Made by a program: the position numbers and the translations under genes. DNA of 30,935 bases, taken from contig JAQGDQ010002452.1 in NCBI GenBank assembly GCA_030141605.1, forward strand, positions 1 through 30,935, given 5' to 3'. Source of the DNA: Tubiluchus corallicola (Eukaryota > Animalia > Priapulida). Under the pieces are notes generated by a model. The model made no database searches. It worked only from the letters and a program-made list of their open reading frames with translations, and was not told the origin of the DNA. Below, in pieces: positions 21,459 through 30,935 of this stretch (position 1 is its first letter; each line of letters starts with the position of its first letter).

Positions 21459-22594
21459 ATGAAAGAAAAGTTTGAATTATTAATTCCTGAAAAAGAAAAA
21501 ATTGAAGAAGAAGTTATAAAAGAAATAAAAGCAGTTACTGATGATGAAAAAAATCAATTAGATAATCTTGTTGAAGAAAAAATTGAACAAATATTGAATA
21601 TTGACATTAATAATGAAAATGACAAACAAGATATTGTAAGTGCAATAGAAAACTTAGGAATTGACTTGCAAAAAGAGTCTGCTAAAAAAAGTACTATATT
21701 GCAAGAGCCTCTAAAAACATTGTCAAAGCGTGGAGATGAAGGTTCTGAAGTATCCTCAGCTCTTTTAAAGCTAAGAGAAGAAGTTGAAGCTTTAGATCCT
21801 AGTGGGGTTGATTTTAATAGAAAAAACTTTTTATCAAAGTTATTTAACCCTGTTGAAAAATATTTTGATAAATATCAAAGTGCTCAATCTTCTATAAATG
21901 AAATTATAAAGTCTCTTGAAAATGGATCTGATATTTTGAAAAGAGATAATATTACTTTAACTCAAGATCAAATAGACATGAGAGAATTAACAAAAAAATT
22001 GGAAAAAACCATTGTTATGAGTGAACTATTAGATGAAAAAATATCTACTCAAATAGAGCTAGAAGAAGACCCTAGGAAAATTAAATTTTTAAGGGATGAG
22101 GTCTTATTTCCTCTTAGGCAGAGAATAATGGACTTGCAGCAACAACTTGCTGTTAATCAGCAGGGGGTTTTCTTGAAGTACTTAAAAGAAATAACAAAGA
22201 GTTAATAAGGGGAGTTAATAGGTCAAAATTAGTAACTATAAATGCACTGAAAGTAGCAGTAGTTGTAGCTAAGGGCCTTTCAGACCAAAAGCTTGTTTTA
22301 GATCAAATAGAAGCGGTAAATGACACAACAAACTCTTTAATTGCAAATACGTCTAAAAATTTAAAAACACAAGGTGTAGCAATACAAAAACAGGCATCTT
22401 CTGCTATGCTAAATGTTGACACTTTAAAAGAGTCTTTTAAAAATATAAATGAAGCTATGGATGAAATTTCTAAATATAGGCAAGAATCTCTACCAATGAT
22501 GAGAGGATTAATAGATGAATTTGATGATTTAACCAGAAAAAGTGAAGAAAGAATTCAACAAATGGAAAAAGGAAATAAAGTAAAGCTTAATTAA
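21459..22594 (+). CDS. Toxic anion resistance protein TelA/KlaA family (frameshift at about 22170)
   Basis: LRQRIMDLQQQLAVNQQG continues in the -1 frame as LEVLKRNNKELIRGVNRSKLVTINALKVAVVVA..L.DQKLVLDQI and joins ORF 22406..22594. Confidence 0.88.
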
Positions 22595-22617
22595 AGTAGG
22601 GTCATCCTACTTTTTTT
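22592..22617 (+). terminator. Intrinsic terminator
   Basis: AAAGTAGG-GTCAT-CCTAC followed by T7, overlapping the stop codon. Confidence 0.8.
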
Positions 22618-22807
22618 AGTTAAAAATCTTAAAGCTAAATTAATAGAGGATTATAAGATAAGAAAATGTATTTAAAGCTTAAAACTGCCAGTTACTATTA
22701 ATCAAGATACAATTTAATGTTATGTTTTCTTGTATGTTTTTTTCAATTATTTTGTAAAATTATAAAAATGTTTTAGGTTTACTAGGCTCCAATCTCTTAT
22801 TATATTA

Positions 22808-22836
22808 TAGACATTATGACTATGTTATGGTATAAT
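22808..22836 (+). promoter_or_regulatory. Sigma70-type promoter of infA/alpha operon
   Basis: TAGACA-N17-TATAAT with extended -10 TG. Confidence 0.75.
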
Positions 22837-22871
22837 ACTGTGATTATTTATCTTATTGAAGGGAGGAAAAT

Positions 22872-23090
22872 ATGTCAAAAGAAGATATAATTGAAATAGA
22901 AGGTACTATAATTGAATCGTTACCAAATGCAATGTTTAAAGCAAAGTTAGAAAATGGTCATGTTATTTTAGCTCATGTGTCTGGAAAAATGAGAATGAAC
23001 TACATAAAGATTCTTCCTGGAGATAAGGTACTTATTCAAATATCACCCTATGATTTATCAAGAGGGCGAATTGTTTATAGAAAAAAATAA
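22872..23090 (+). CDS. infA: Translation initiation factor IF-1
   Basis: [19 protein letters not shown]...[30 protein letters not shown]. Confidence 0.98.
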   Translation: MSKEDIIEIEGTIIESLPNAMFKAKLENGHVILAHVSGKMRMNYIKILPGDKVLIQISPYDLSRGRIVYRKK

Positions 23091-23103
23091 AAAAGGAGGG
23101 AAA

Positions 23104-23217
23104 ATGAAAGTAAAAGCTTCAGTTAAAAGTATATGTGATAAGTGTAAGGTAATAAAAAGACATGGAAAAATAAGAGTAATCTGCAAAAATCCAAAACATA
23201 AGCAAGTTCAGGGATAA
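23104..23217 (+). CDS. rpmJ: 50S ribosomal protein L36 (Zn-binding form; below the ORF-track size cutoff)
   Basis: Translated by hand as [37 protein letters not shown], with AGGAGG RBS. Confidence 0.97.
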   Translation: MKVKASVKSICDKCKVIKRHGKIRVICKNPKHKQVQG

Positions 23218-23224
23218 AATTTCT

Positions 23225-23345
23225 GTAAAAGCATGTTGAGCTGTAGGGCCATTTCTTTTCTGCTTTATAGAAAAGGCATGCTGATGAAAGTGTTAGGCTG
23301 ATTATTGATATCAGTATATATATTACTATAGTGATACAGCAATTA
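23225..23345 (+). ncRNA. Putative structured leader of rpsM-rpsK-rpsD (candidate S4 r-leader)
   Basis: 148-nt spacer with several complementary segments: AGCATG/CATGCT, CTTTTCTG/TAGAAAAG, CTGAT/ATCAG, TATTAC/GTGATA and GCTGTA/TACAGC. Confidence 0.55.
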
Positions 23346-23365
23346 ATATTTTAAGGAGGAATAAC

Positions 23366-23722
23366 GTGGCAAGAATATCTGGTGTTGACATTCCAAGAAA
23401 TAAAAGAGTAGTTATATCTCTTACTTATATATTTGGGATTGGTAAAAGTACATCAAAAGAAATATTAGCTAAATCTAATATAGATGAAAATACTAGGGTA
23501 AAGGACCTAACAGATGAAGAGATTAATAGAATTAGGGACCTTGTTAAAGAATATAAAATAGAAGGAGATTTAAGAAAAGATATAAGATTAGATATTAAAA
23601 GGCTTCAAGATATAAGATGCTACAGAGGCCTTAGACATAGAATGGGGCTTCCTGTAAGGGGGCAAAAAAGTAAGACTAATGCAAGAACAAGAAAGGGCCC
23701 TAAAAAATTAATAAAAAAATAG
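23366..23722 (+). CDS. rpsM: 30S ribosomal protein S13
   Basis: [14 protein letters not shown] and [27 protein letters not shown] start. Confidence 0.98.
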   Translation: MARISGVDIPRNKRVVISLTYIFGIGKSTSKEILAKSNIDENTRVKDLTDEEINRIRDLVKEYKIEGDLRKDIRLDIKRLQDIRCYRGLRHRMGLPVRGQKSKTNARTRKGPKKLIKK

Positions 23723-23758
23723 TCTAAATATTTAAATATATTAAGGAGGTAACATAAC

Positions 23759-24151
23759 TTGGCTAAGAAAAAAGCAGCAAGCAGTAAGAAAAAGAAAATG
23801 AAAAACATTCCAAATGGAATTGTTAACATACATTCTAGTTTTAACAATACGATTATTAATATAACTGATACTATTGGGAATACAGTGGTGTGGAGATCTG
23901 GTGGAAGTAGTGGGTTTAAAGGCACTAAAAAAGGTACGCCTTTTGCTGCTCAAATGTCAGCAGAGCAAGCAGCAAGAGAGGCTGCTAACCATGGCATGAA
24001 AAAAGTGGAGATAAAAATAAAAGGACCTGGTTCTGGTAGAGAAGCTACTATTAGGTCTATAGAAGCAGCAGGATTGGAAGTAACAAGAGTTATTGATGTT
24101 ACACCTATTCCACATAATGGGTGTAGACCACCAAAAAAGAGAAGGGTATAA
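23759..24151 (+). CDS. rpsK: 30S ribosomal protein S11
   Basis: [20 protein letters not shown] and [21 protein letters not shown] start. Confidence 0.98.
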   Translation: MAKKKAASSKKKKMKNIPNGIVNIHSSFNNTIINITDTIGNTVVWRSGGSSGFKGTKKGTPFAAQMSAEQAAREAANHGMKKVEIKIKGPGSGREATIRSIEAAGLEVTRVIDVTPIPHNGCRPPKKRRV

Positions 24152-24211
24152 CAAGCATATCACATCAATAATTTGTATGCATTATATTTAATAAGGAGGA
24201 TAATCAATAAA

Positions 24212-24798
24212 ATGGCAATTAATAAACAGCCTGTACTAAAAAAATGCAGAGCACTTGGCATAGATCCATCTGTTATGGGCATTAACAAAAAATCAAATAG
24301 AAGCATGAGGTCAAATGCAAACAGAAAACCAACTGAGTATGCAATTCAATTAAAAGAAAAGCAGAAAGCAAAATTTATATATAATATAATGGAAAAACAA
24401 TTTAGAAAGCTTTATGAAGAAGCTACTAGAAAAAGTGGAGTTACAGGTCTTAATTTGATAGAGTACTTAGAAAGAAGGCTGGAAAATGTAGTATATAGAT
24501 TAGGGTTAGCTAAAACTAGAAGACAGGCAAGGCAGCTAGTTTCACACGGCCATATATTAGTAAATGGAAATAAAGTAACAATAGCTTCATATAGAGTAAA
24601 ATTAGGCGATGAGATTTCAGTAAAAGAAAGCTCAAAAGTCTAGAATTAGTTAAAGAAGCTGTTGGAAGCATTTCTACACCTGCATGGTTAGAATTTAATA
24701 AAGAAAACTTTGTTGGGAAGGTAATTCAAAGTCCAACAAAAGAGGACCTTGACTTTGAACTAAATGAAGCTTTAATTGTTGAATTTTATTCTAGATAA
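24212..24798 (+). CDS. rpsD: 30S ribosomal protein S4 (1-nt frameshift in A run at 24634-24637, probably a sequencing error)
   Basis: [20 protein letters not shown] and ARQLVSHGH. One extra A gives SLELVKEAV...PAWLEF...[11 protein letters not shown] ending at 24798. Start ATG 24212 after AGGAGG. Confidence 0.95.
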
Positions 24799-24833
24799 TA
24801 GTATGTCCTTAGATATGGGGAGTTGGTAAATTA

Positions 24834-25814
24834 ATGTTGAAAATTGAAAAAATAGCAAAAAATTACAAAATTAAAGAAGATAAAATAGATGATTTTAGCG
24901 GTAAATATATAATAGAACCGTTATATAAAGGATATGGAAATACTATTGGGAATGCTCTTAGAAGAGTACTGCTTTCATCTATTCCAGGAGCTGCAATTAA
25001 AGGAATACGTATTGATGGAGTATTAAACGAGTTTTCAACTATAGAAGGAGTAAAGGAAGCTGTTACAGATATTATCTTAAATATAAAAGAAATAGTTGTT
25101 AAAACTGATGAGCCAGAAGAACAAAAGATGGAACTAAATGTATCAGGACCTAAAGTAGTAACTGCAGCTGATATAGTTCCTGATGCTAATATAACACTTA
25201 TTAATCCAGATCAAGTAATATGTAATATTACAGATGATACAAATTTAAATATTGAATTTATAGTTGGAATTGGAGAAGGTTTTGTATCTTCTGATGAAAT
25301 AGATAAGTCGCATTGGTCAGTAGATACTATAGCTATAGATGCTATTTATACACCTATTAAACAGGTATCTTATAAAATAGAAAATACAATGGTTGGTAGA
25401 ATTACAAATTTTGACAAATTGATTTTATCAATTGAAACAAATGGAAGTATTGAAATAAGAGATTCAATTTCATATGCAGTTGATTTACTTAAAATTCATA
25501 TAGACCCTCTTATGGATATTGGTAATAAGTTAGACAACATTAGATCCAAAATGGAAGAAGAAGAAGAAGTTGTAGAAATTAATGAGCTAGAAGAAAAAAT
25601 TATAAATATGAAAATAGAAGAGCTTGACTTAACTGTTAGGTCATATAATTGTTTAAAAAAAGCAGGAATAGAAGATGTGATTCAACTAGCTAAAATGGAA
25701 ATAAATGACCTTTTAAAAATAAAAAATTTAGGTAGAAAATCCTTAGAAGAGATAATAGAAAAAATGAAGGAACTAGGGTTTGATTTAATGAAAAACAATA
25801 ACATCTACATATGA
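24834..25814 (+). CDS. rpoA: DNA-directed RNA polymerase subunit alpha
   Basis: [40 protein letters not shown] and [10 protein letters not shown]. Confidence 0.98.
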   Translation: MLKIEKIAKNYKIKEDKIDDFSGKYIIEPLYKGYGNTIGNALRRVLLSSIPGAAIKGIRIDGVLNEFSTIEGVKEAVTDIILNIKEIVVKTDEPEEQKMELNVSGPKVVTAADIVPDANITLINPDQVICNITDDTNLNIEFIVGIGEGFVSSDEIDKSHWSVDTIAIDAIYTPIKQVSYKIENTMVGRITNFDKLILSIETNGSIEIRDSISYAVDLLKIHIDPLMDIGNKLDNIRSKMEEEEEVVEINELEEKIINMKIEELDLTVRSYNCLKKAGIEDVIQLAKMEINDLLKIKNLGRKSLEEIIEKMKELGFDLMKNNNIYI

Positions 25815-25842
25815 AAAAAATAAAAAGGAGGCTTTTACACAA

Positions 25843-26193
25843 ATGAACCATAAAAAAAGCTATAGAACACTTGGAAGAAGAAGTGCACATAGAAAAGCGA
25901 TGTTAATGAATTTAACAAAATCATTATTAGATAATGAAAAAATAGAAACGACAGTTACTAGAGCTAAAGAGCTTAGAAAATTTGCAGATAGAATGGTAAC
26001 TTTAGGTAAAAAGGGAGACTTAGCTGCGAAAAGAAAGGCTTTTTCTTTTCTTAGAGACAAAAGTATTGTATATAAATTATTTACAGAAATTTCTCCAAAG
26101 TATGCAGAAAGAAATGGTGGATACACTAGAATAATAAAAACAGGAGTTAGAAAAGGTGATTCTGCAGAAATGGCTATAATAGAGCTTGTATAG
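25843..26193 (+). CDS. rplQ: 50S ribosomal protein L17
   Basis: [21 protein letters not shown] and [24 protein letters not shown]. Confidence 0.98.
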   Translation: MNHKKSYRTLGRRSAHRKAMLMNLTKSLLDNEKIETTVTRAKELRKFADRMVTLGKKGDLAAKRKAFSFLRDKSIVYKLFTEISPKYAERNGGYTRIIKTGVRKGDSAEMAIIELV

Positions 26194-26286
26194 GATAAAA
26201 GAAAATTATTTAAAATACTTATTATATAATAGGGATGAAAATTATTATACAAAATTTTAATTACATATAAGGATGGTGTACTTTTT

Positions 26287-27033
26287 ATGAAAAAAAGCTT
26301 TTTGATTTTAATAGCTTTGTTGTTTTTATTTATTTCTTGTAACTCTGAAAACTCTCAGAATGAAAATGTGTCAAATGAAGTTATAGAAAATACAGAAGAT
26401 AATAAAGAAGAAAAAGAAAAGATGGAAGAAAAAGTAGAAAATACAGAAGATAATAAAGAAGAAAAAGAAAAGATGGAAGAAAAAGTAGAAAATACAGAAG
26501 ACAATAAAGAAGAAAAAGAAAAGATGGAAGAAAAAGTAGAAAATGCAGAAGATAATAAAGAAGAAAAAGAAAAGATGGAAGAAAAAGTAGAAAATGCAGA
26601 AGATAATAAAGAAGAAAAAGAAAAGATGGAAGAAAAAGTAGAAAATGCAGAAGACAATAAAGAAGAAAAAGAAATTAAAATAGGTAGAATAGAAGGAAGA
26701 GTAGACAACACAAAAGAGGGTCACTGTACGTATCAAACTGTAGAAGATAATAAAGATTTTGTATTTGATTTACCTTCTACGTGGAAATGGATATTTATAC
26801 GAGATCATAAACTTGAAACGCCTTATATGGTTATCAATGATGAAAAAGTTAAATTAGAAAAAATTGATGTTTCAGATTTATATGAATGGTACAAAATTCC
26901 AAACATTGAAAATGGAAAAATAGAGATGGATCTAAAAATTAATGCAAATGCACCTAAAACAGGGACATTAAAAGTAATTGAGAATGAAGAGGTGCTTGAA
27001 ACATTTGAAATAATAGCTACATGTGGGGTTTAA
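26287..27033 (+). CDS. Hypothetical lipoprotein with acidic 17-aa repeat stalk
   Basis: MKK plus hydrophobic stretch plus FISC lipobox, then repeats, then a C-terminal globular region of about 120 aa with two Cys. Confidence 0.8.
   Translation: MKKSFLILIALLFLFISCNSENSQNENVSNEVIENTEDNKEEKEKMEEKVENTEDNKEEKEKMEEKVENTEDNKEEKEKMEEKVENAEDNKEEKEKMEEKVENAEDNKEEKEKMEEKVENAEDNKEEKEIKIGRIEGRVDNTKEGHCTYQTVEDNKDFVFDLPSTWKWIFIRDHKLETPYMVINDEKVKLEKIDVSDLYEWYKIPNIENGKIEMDLKINANAPKTGTLKVIENEEVLETFEIIATCGV
26386..26673 (+). repeat. 51-bp tandem repeat, about 5.6 copies (EN[T/A]EDNKEEKEKMEEKV)
   Basis: Units start at 26386, 26437, 26488, 26539, 26590 and 26641 and differ at only two positions. Confidence 0.97.
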
Positions 27034-27045
27034 GATAAAGAACTT

Positions 27046-27071
27046 AAAGAGGTCTATAGAGGCCTCTTTTT
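27046..27071 (+). terminator. Intrinsic terminator
   Basis: AAAGAGGTCT-ATAG-AGGCCTCTTT followed by T-rich tail. Confidence 0.8.
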
Positions 27072-27325
27072 ATTTGTTGCTATAAAAATAATTATTTAAT
27101 CACTTAAGAGTATACCCTAAGATATAAGCTGAAAAACATTATGAGCCTATCTAATTTTAATGTTACTATAATTTATTATTAATTATATACAGGATGTAGT
27201 ATGAGAATAAAACTAAATTAAAGATGAAAAATGAATTTAATTAGAAGAATTTTAGCACATCTTAATAAGGAAAAGAAGATAATTTTGAAGCTTTAATAAA
27301 CATTTTTAATTATAATTTTATTATA

Positions 27326-27361
27326 AAATCCTTCTAGAGTATTATTTTTCTAGAAGGATTT
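27326..27361 (-). terminator. Intrinsic terminator after lpxD
   Basis: 13-bp perfect inverted repeat AAATCCTTCTAGA...TCTAGAAGGATTT. Confidence 0.75.
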
Positions 27362-27383
27362 GTATTTATACTTTAAATAAATT

Positions 27384-28397
27384 TTAAAAATTTTCTTTAC
27401 TTTTTAAATATTTTTCTATTTTTCTTACCCTATTTAATATTTCAGGAAGCTTCTTCATTAAAACTTTTATTTTAAGTTCTTTTTTATGGTCTATGACAGG
27501 AAACCCACTTACAACTACATTGTCTTCTAAATTAGATGTAACTCCTGATTTAGATCCTATAACAACATTATTACCTATATGAATGTGACCTGTTATTCCA
27601 GATTGAGCTGCAATCGTTACATTATTTCCTATAACTGTACTGCCAGCAATAGCAACTTGAGCCACTAATAATCCATTTTCTCCTATTATAACATTATGGG
27701 CTATATGAACTTGATTATCTGTCTTTGTATATTTTTTTATAACTGTATCTCCAATAGTACCTCGATCTATAGTTGTGTTTGCACCTATTTCAACATAATC
27801 CTCTATAATAACTCTGCCAATTTGGTCAATTTTTATATTGTTACCATCTACTTTAACAAACCCAAAACCATCTGAACCAATTACTGAATTTGGCTGAATT
27901 ATAACATTGTTTCCTATTACACAATCTTCTCTAATAGTTACGTTAGGATATATGATACAATTATCACCTATAACTACATTTTGACAAATAACAACTCCAG
28001 GATATATTGTTACATTTCTTCCTATTATAACGTTATGACCTATATAACAGTTAAAGGATACTTTGCTGTTATCTCCAACTTTGCTATTAGATTCAATATT
28101 TTTATCCATAGCTAATATTTCTTTTTTAAATACTTTTAATAAGATAGGCATTATTTCTCTTGGATTTTTATTTACTTTTATATATGTTTTTTCCTCTGGT
28201 AAATTTTTTAAACTATCTGGTACAATAATAACTTTTGCTTTTGTTTCGTTTATTTTTTTTATATACTTTATATCACTAGCAAAAGTTAAATGATCTTCTT
28301 CAGCTTGAAAAAAAGGAGATAATCTTGTGACATACCCACTACTATTTCCTACAACTTTACCAGAAATATTTTTAGCAATTTCAGATACCTTATACAT
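27384..28397 (-). CDS. lpxD: UDP-3-O-(3-hydroxyacyl)glucosamine N-acyltransferase
   Basis: Hexapeptide repeats, [19 protein letters not shown] and [10 protein letters not shown]. Confidence 0.96.
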   Translation of the reverse strand: MYKVSEIAKNISGKVVGNSSGYVTRLSPFFQAEEDHLTFASDIKYIKKINETKAKVIIVPDSLKNLPEEKTYIKVNKNPREIMPILLKVFKKEILAMDKNIESNSKVGDNSKVSFNCYIGHNVIIGRNVTIYPGVVICQNVVIGDNCIIYPNVTIREDCVIGNNVIIQPNSVIGSDGFGFVKVDGNNIKIDQIGRVIIEDYVEIGANTTIDRGTIGDTVIKKYTKTDNQVHIAHNVIIGENGLLVAQVAIAGSTVIGNNVTIAAQSGITGHIHIGNNVVIGSKSGVTSNLEDNVVVSGFPVIDHKKELKIKVLMKKLPEILNRVRKIEKYLKSKENF

Positions 28398-28405
28398 TTT
28401 ACCTC

Positions 28406-30493
28406 CTAGAATGATTGACCAAACCCAAAGTAAAATTCCATTTCATCATAATCAGGATCATTGATAGGCCATCCAAAGTCAAATCTCATAGGTCCAATAG
28501 GAGAATTAACTCTAAAACCTATACCTGCGCCGTGCCTTAAGTCATCTCCAAAGCTGACATCATCATCTTCACTTCCCCACGCTCTACCTACATCATAAAA
28601 AACTGCTAGACCAAATATATCATTAAATTGAGTTCTATTTTCTATAGTAGCAAACATTTGTTTAGTACCTCTAAATTCATCGCTTGGTAACCCTCTAACG
28701 CTTCCATCTCCACCAACTCTAAATTGATGAGTTTCCTTAGTGTCATTCATAGCAACTCCGCCAACAGCTCTATAAGCCATTGTATTTTTAATCTTTTCTC
28801 CCATTGGGATACCTTTGTGGAAAAATCTACCATCAAGTACTGCTTTTCCTAGCCAGCTATTATCGTCTCCATCATCTTCAAATATATATCCTGTTTCACC
28901 TGTCAATCTTATAAAATGTCCTTTTGAAGGAATATAGAAGTGATTTCTAGTGTCATGTGAGATAGATGGTACAACACCTAAAAGATTATAATCATCTGTT
29001 AAATTACCTTCAGTATCTTCTGTTTCTGTCATTTCAAATTTTAAAACACCATTAACTCTAGTATTTTTATTTAGACCTTTTCCTAGTTGCCCACTTATTC
29101 CATTGGTTAAAATTTGATTAAACTCATCACTACCACTATCGCTATAGCTTTTTCTATAGAGACTTCCTCCACCAGAGATTCTGTCTGTCCCTTTTATCCA
29201 AGGATCTAGAAAGCTAGCAGTAAATGCAACGTCACTGTCATCATTTAACTCTATAGAAGTTTTTATAGTTTGGTTTTTACCACCAAAATTTCTAGTTTCA
29301 TAGAAAAGGCTTCCTGTAAGGCCATCAGAAGATCCATAGCTAATTCCACCACCAAAAGTTGTTGTTGGAGCCTCTTCTAAATATAATACAATATCTTTAT
29401 ATCCTGTTTTATCTGGAGTAGGGGTATCCTCTATATTTACGTTTTTAAAAAGGCCTGTTCTCATTATGTTAGTAACAGTTGCCCTATAGTCTTCAGCTTT
29501 AAAAATCTCTCCTTCTTTTATTTCTAACTCTCTTTCTATTATATACCCTTCTGTTTTTAGATTTCTATCTTCTTGGTCTCTTCTTTCCCCTCTTTCTGCT
29601 GCTTTTGTCCCTATTCTTTTTACCTCAATAGAATTAATTATTCCTTCAGATATAAAAATATCTAAAGTCCCATCTTCTTTTAAATTTAACCCTGAAAATT
29701 CAGCTAAAATATATCCATCATCATTATATTTTTTTAATATTTTATCAGTACTTTCTTTTAAAGTATTTAAATTGTATATCTCATCTATTGCTATATCCAT
29801 TTCTTCTAAAAGCTCTTCATCTGTATACAAAGTGTTTCCGCTTATTTCTATATTTTTTATTATTTCATTTTCTACTAGTATGAATGTTACTTTTACTCCT
29901 TCTTCTTCCTGAATAACTTCTGGAATAACATCTTTAAAATACCCAGTTTTAAAAATTTCTTTTTGTATCTCTAATACTTCTTGTCTTGAAAATGGATCTC
30001 CTGCTTCAAAAGAGATAGCTTTGTATATTTCTTCATCTGATATTTTATTATTTCCATCTATTGACACAGAAATTATAGTTTTGGCATCTCCTAGTACTGT
30101 GTTATCTTTTTCTACTGCATTTAAAATTGCTCCAGCATTTGGTTCTTCTGTTATATCAACTGTTAACTTAATTCCTCCATTAAATTCCCTTTGGGTTATA
30201 ACCACATCTTTAATATAGTCTAAAGATATAAGTCTACTAAAATCTTCCTTTACAGTTGTAGGATTATATATAGAGCCCACTCTTGAGTTCATAAACTCTA
30301 AAATTGATTCACTAGGTATTTCTCTTAAATTCTTTACTTCAATTTCTTTAATTTCATAATAATCTGAAATAGCTGTTGTTGTTTCTACTTTTTTCACCTC
30401 ATTTACTGCTTGCTCTATTTTATCTTCACTTTCAGCACTCACGTTTAAACCAAAAACAATCATCAACGTCATTAAAATTACTTTACTCTTCAT
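28406..30493 (-). CDS. bamA: Outer membrane protein assembly factor, BamA/Omp85 family
   Basis: Signal peptide, POTRA repeats ([17 protein letters not shown]), VRG loop and [11 protein letters not shown]...FYFGFGQSF end. Likely start 30493 after GGAGGT. Confidence 0.92.
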   Translation of the reverse strand: MKSKVILMTLMIVFGLNVSAESEDKIEQAVNEVKKVETTTAISDYYEIKEIEVKNLREIPSESILEFMNSRVGSIYNPTTVKEDFSRLISLDYIKDVVITQREFNGGIKLTVDITEEPNAGAILNAVEKDNTVLGDAKTIISVSIDGNNKISDEEIYKAISFEAGDPFSRQEVLEIQKEIFKTGYFKDVIPEVIQEEEGVKVTFILVENEIIKNIEISGNTLYTDEELLEEMDIAIDEIYNLNTLKESTDKILKKYNDDGYILAEFSGLNLKEDGTLDIFISEGIINSIEVKRIGTKAAERGERRDQEDRNLKTEGYIIERELEIKEGEIFKAEDYRATVTNIMRTGLFKNVNIEDTPTPDKTGYKDIVLYLEEAPTTTFGGGISYGSSDGLTGSLFYETRNFGGKNQTIKTSIELNDDSDVAFTASFLDPWIKGTDRISGGGSLYRKSYSDSGSDEFNQILTNGISGQLGKGLNKNTRVNGVLKFEMTETEDTEGNLTDDYNLLGVVPSISHDTRNHFYIPSKGHFIRLTGETGYIFEDDGDDNSWLGKAVLDGRFFHKGIPMGEKIKNTMAYRAVGGVAMNDTKETHQFRVGGDGSVRGLPSDEFRGTKQMFATIENRTQFNDIFGLAVFYDVGRAWGSEDDDVSFGDDLRHGAGIGFRVNSPIGPMRFDFGWPINDPDYDEMEFYFGFGQSF

Positions 30494-30519
30494 TTCTACC
30501 TCCATTATTATATTATAGC

Positions 30520-30935
30520 TTAAAACCTTTTATTAAAATTAATGTCAATATGAACATTATAATCTTTTTCTTCATACTTTATATCATCATCTTCTAACTT
30601 TCCAAAACCAGCTCCAATTGAAATTCCATTATTAAATTGTCGTATAACTCTGATATCATACTCTGAAACTACGTCACTACTTTTTTCTGAGTCTGAAAAA
30701 TTGACCTCTCCCTCTAAAAACAATTCGTTTTTATATATGTTTTTTTTAGCCCCAACAATTACTCCAAAATCTAAAAACTTATCACTTGTTTCCTCTAATA
30801 AATCTAAATCTGTTTTAATAGTGAAGCTATCAAGACCAAGTTTTTTCTTTATATACCTAGAGGTGTTGTTAAAAAACACGTTATCAATTTGGCTAGATAC
30901 TACACCTTCTAAAATAACTCCCTTATCATCCTTAG
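30520..30935 (-). CDS. C-terminal fragment of a probable TamB-like translocation/assembly protein (5'-partial)
   Basis: Frame is open to the window edge (KDDKGVILEGVVSSQIDNVFF...), with IKKKLGLDSFTI, amphipathic beta strands and terminal RF. Lies upstream of bamA. Confidence 0.65.
   Translation of the reverse strand, partial: KDDKGVILEGVVSSQIDNVFFNNTSRYIKKKLGLDSFTIKTDLDLLEETSDKFLDFGVIVGAKKNIYKNELFLEGEVNFSDSEKSSDVVSEYDIRVIRQFNNGISIGAGFGKLEDDDIKYEEKDYNVHIDINFNKRF

Noticed and set aside
22406-22594. Separate 62-aa gene
   Set aside because: It is the C-terminus of the frameshifted telA reading frame
23281-23290. CTGATGA resembling a hammerhead ribozyme core
   Set aside because: No properly placed GAAA, stem II/III or cleavage triplet found in any permutation
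24631-24643. Programmed -1 frameshift or pseudogene in rpsD
   Set aside because: Essential gene, break in an A homopolymer, no stimulatory structure seen, and the same error polarity occurs elsewhere in the window
26386-26673. Possible CRISPR array
   Set aside because: Units are contiguous with no unique spacers and are in-frame coding repeats
26355-26736. Two antisense ORFs rich in F/S/I
   Set aside because: They are mirror translations of the purine-rich repeat, with no RBS or protein-like features
27072-27325. Small ORF (MNLIRRILAHLNKEKKIILKL) or sRNA between convergent terminators
   Set aside because: No convincing RBS or structure, so it cannot be supported from sequence alone
27331-27345. 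15-nt match CTTCTAGAGTATTAT shared with 7867-7881 beside the rimP leader
   Set aside because: A single short AT-rich match with different flanks, so chance is plausible

Overview
A very AT-rich bacterial chromosome segment, most likely Fusobacteriota. This is inferred from the RpsD and NusA N-terminal sequence styles and from a Firmicutes-like Rel, RimP and NusA set occurring with diderm tamB-bamA-lpxD genes. Most of it is housekeeping: clpX-lon', tig, the rimP-nusA-ylxR-infB-rbfA operon, rel-tgt, glyA, sfsA, ftsY, pta-ackA, infA-rpmJ-rpsMKD-rpoA-rplQ and tamB-bamA-lpxD. The most notable structure is lon, which breaks off after its N-terminal domain at a TTATAA palindrome and runs head-on into the 3' end of tig. 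That is the geometry expected if the clpP-clpX-lon5' block were inverted, either as a real (possibly switchable) intragenic inversion or as an assembly or amplification chimera. Other points of interest are an APC transporter fused to a PTS EIIA domain that keeps its phospho-His, upstream of glyA; dispersed Ter/TelA stress genes (a TerB-like gene and a terD-xpaC-like-telA operon) sharing a near-identical terminator; a potentially pseudoknotted leader before rpsM; and a lipoprotein with a higher-order 51-bp tandem repeat after rplQ. Three reading-frame breaks that each need a missing base (ackA, telA, rpsD) suggest consensus deletion errors, so apparent disruptions need caution. No rRNA, tRNA, CRISPR array or transposase was recognised.
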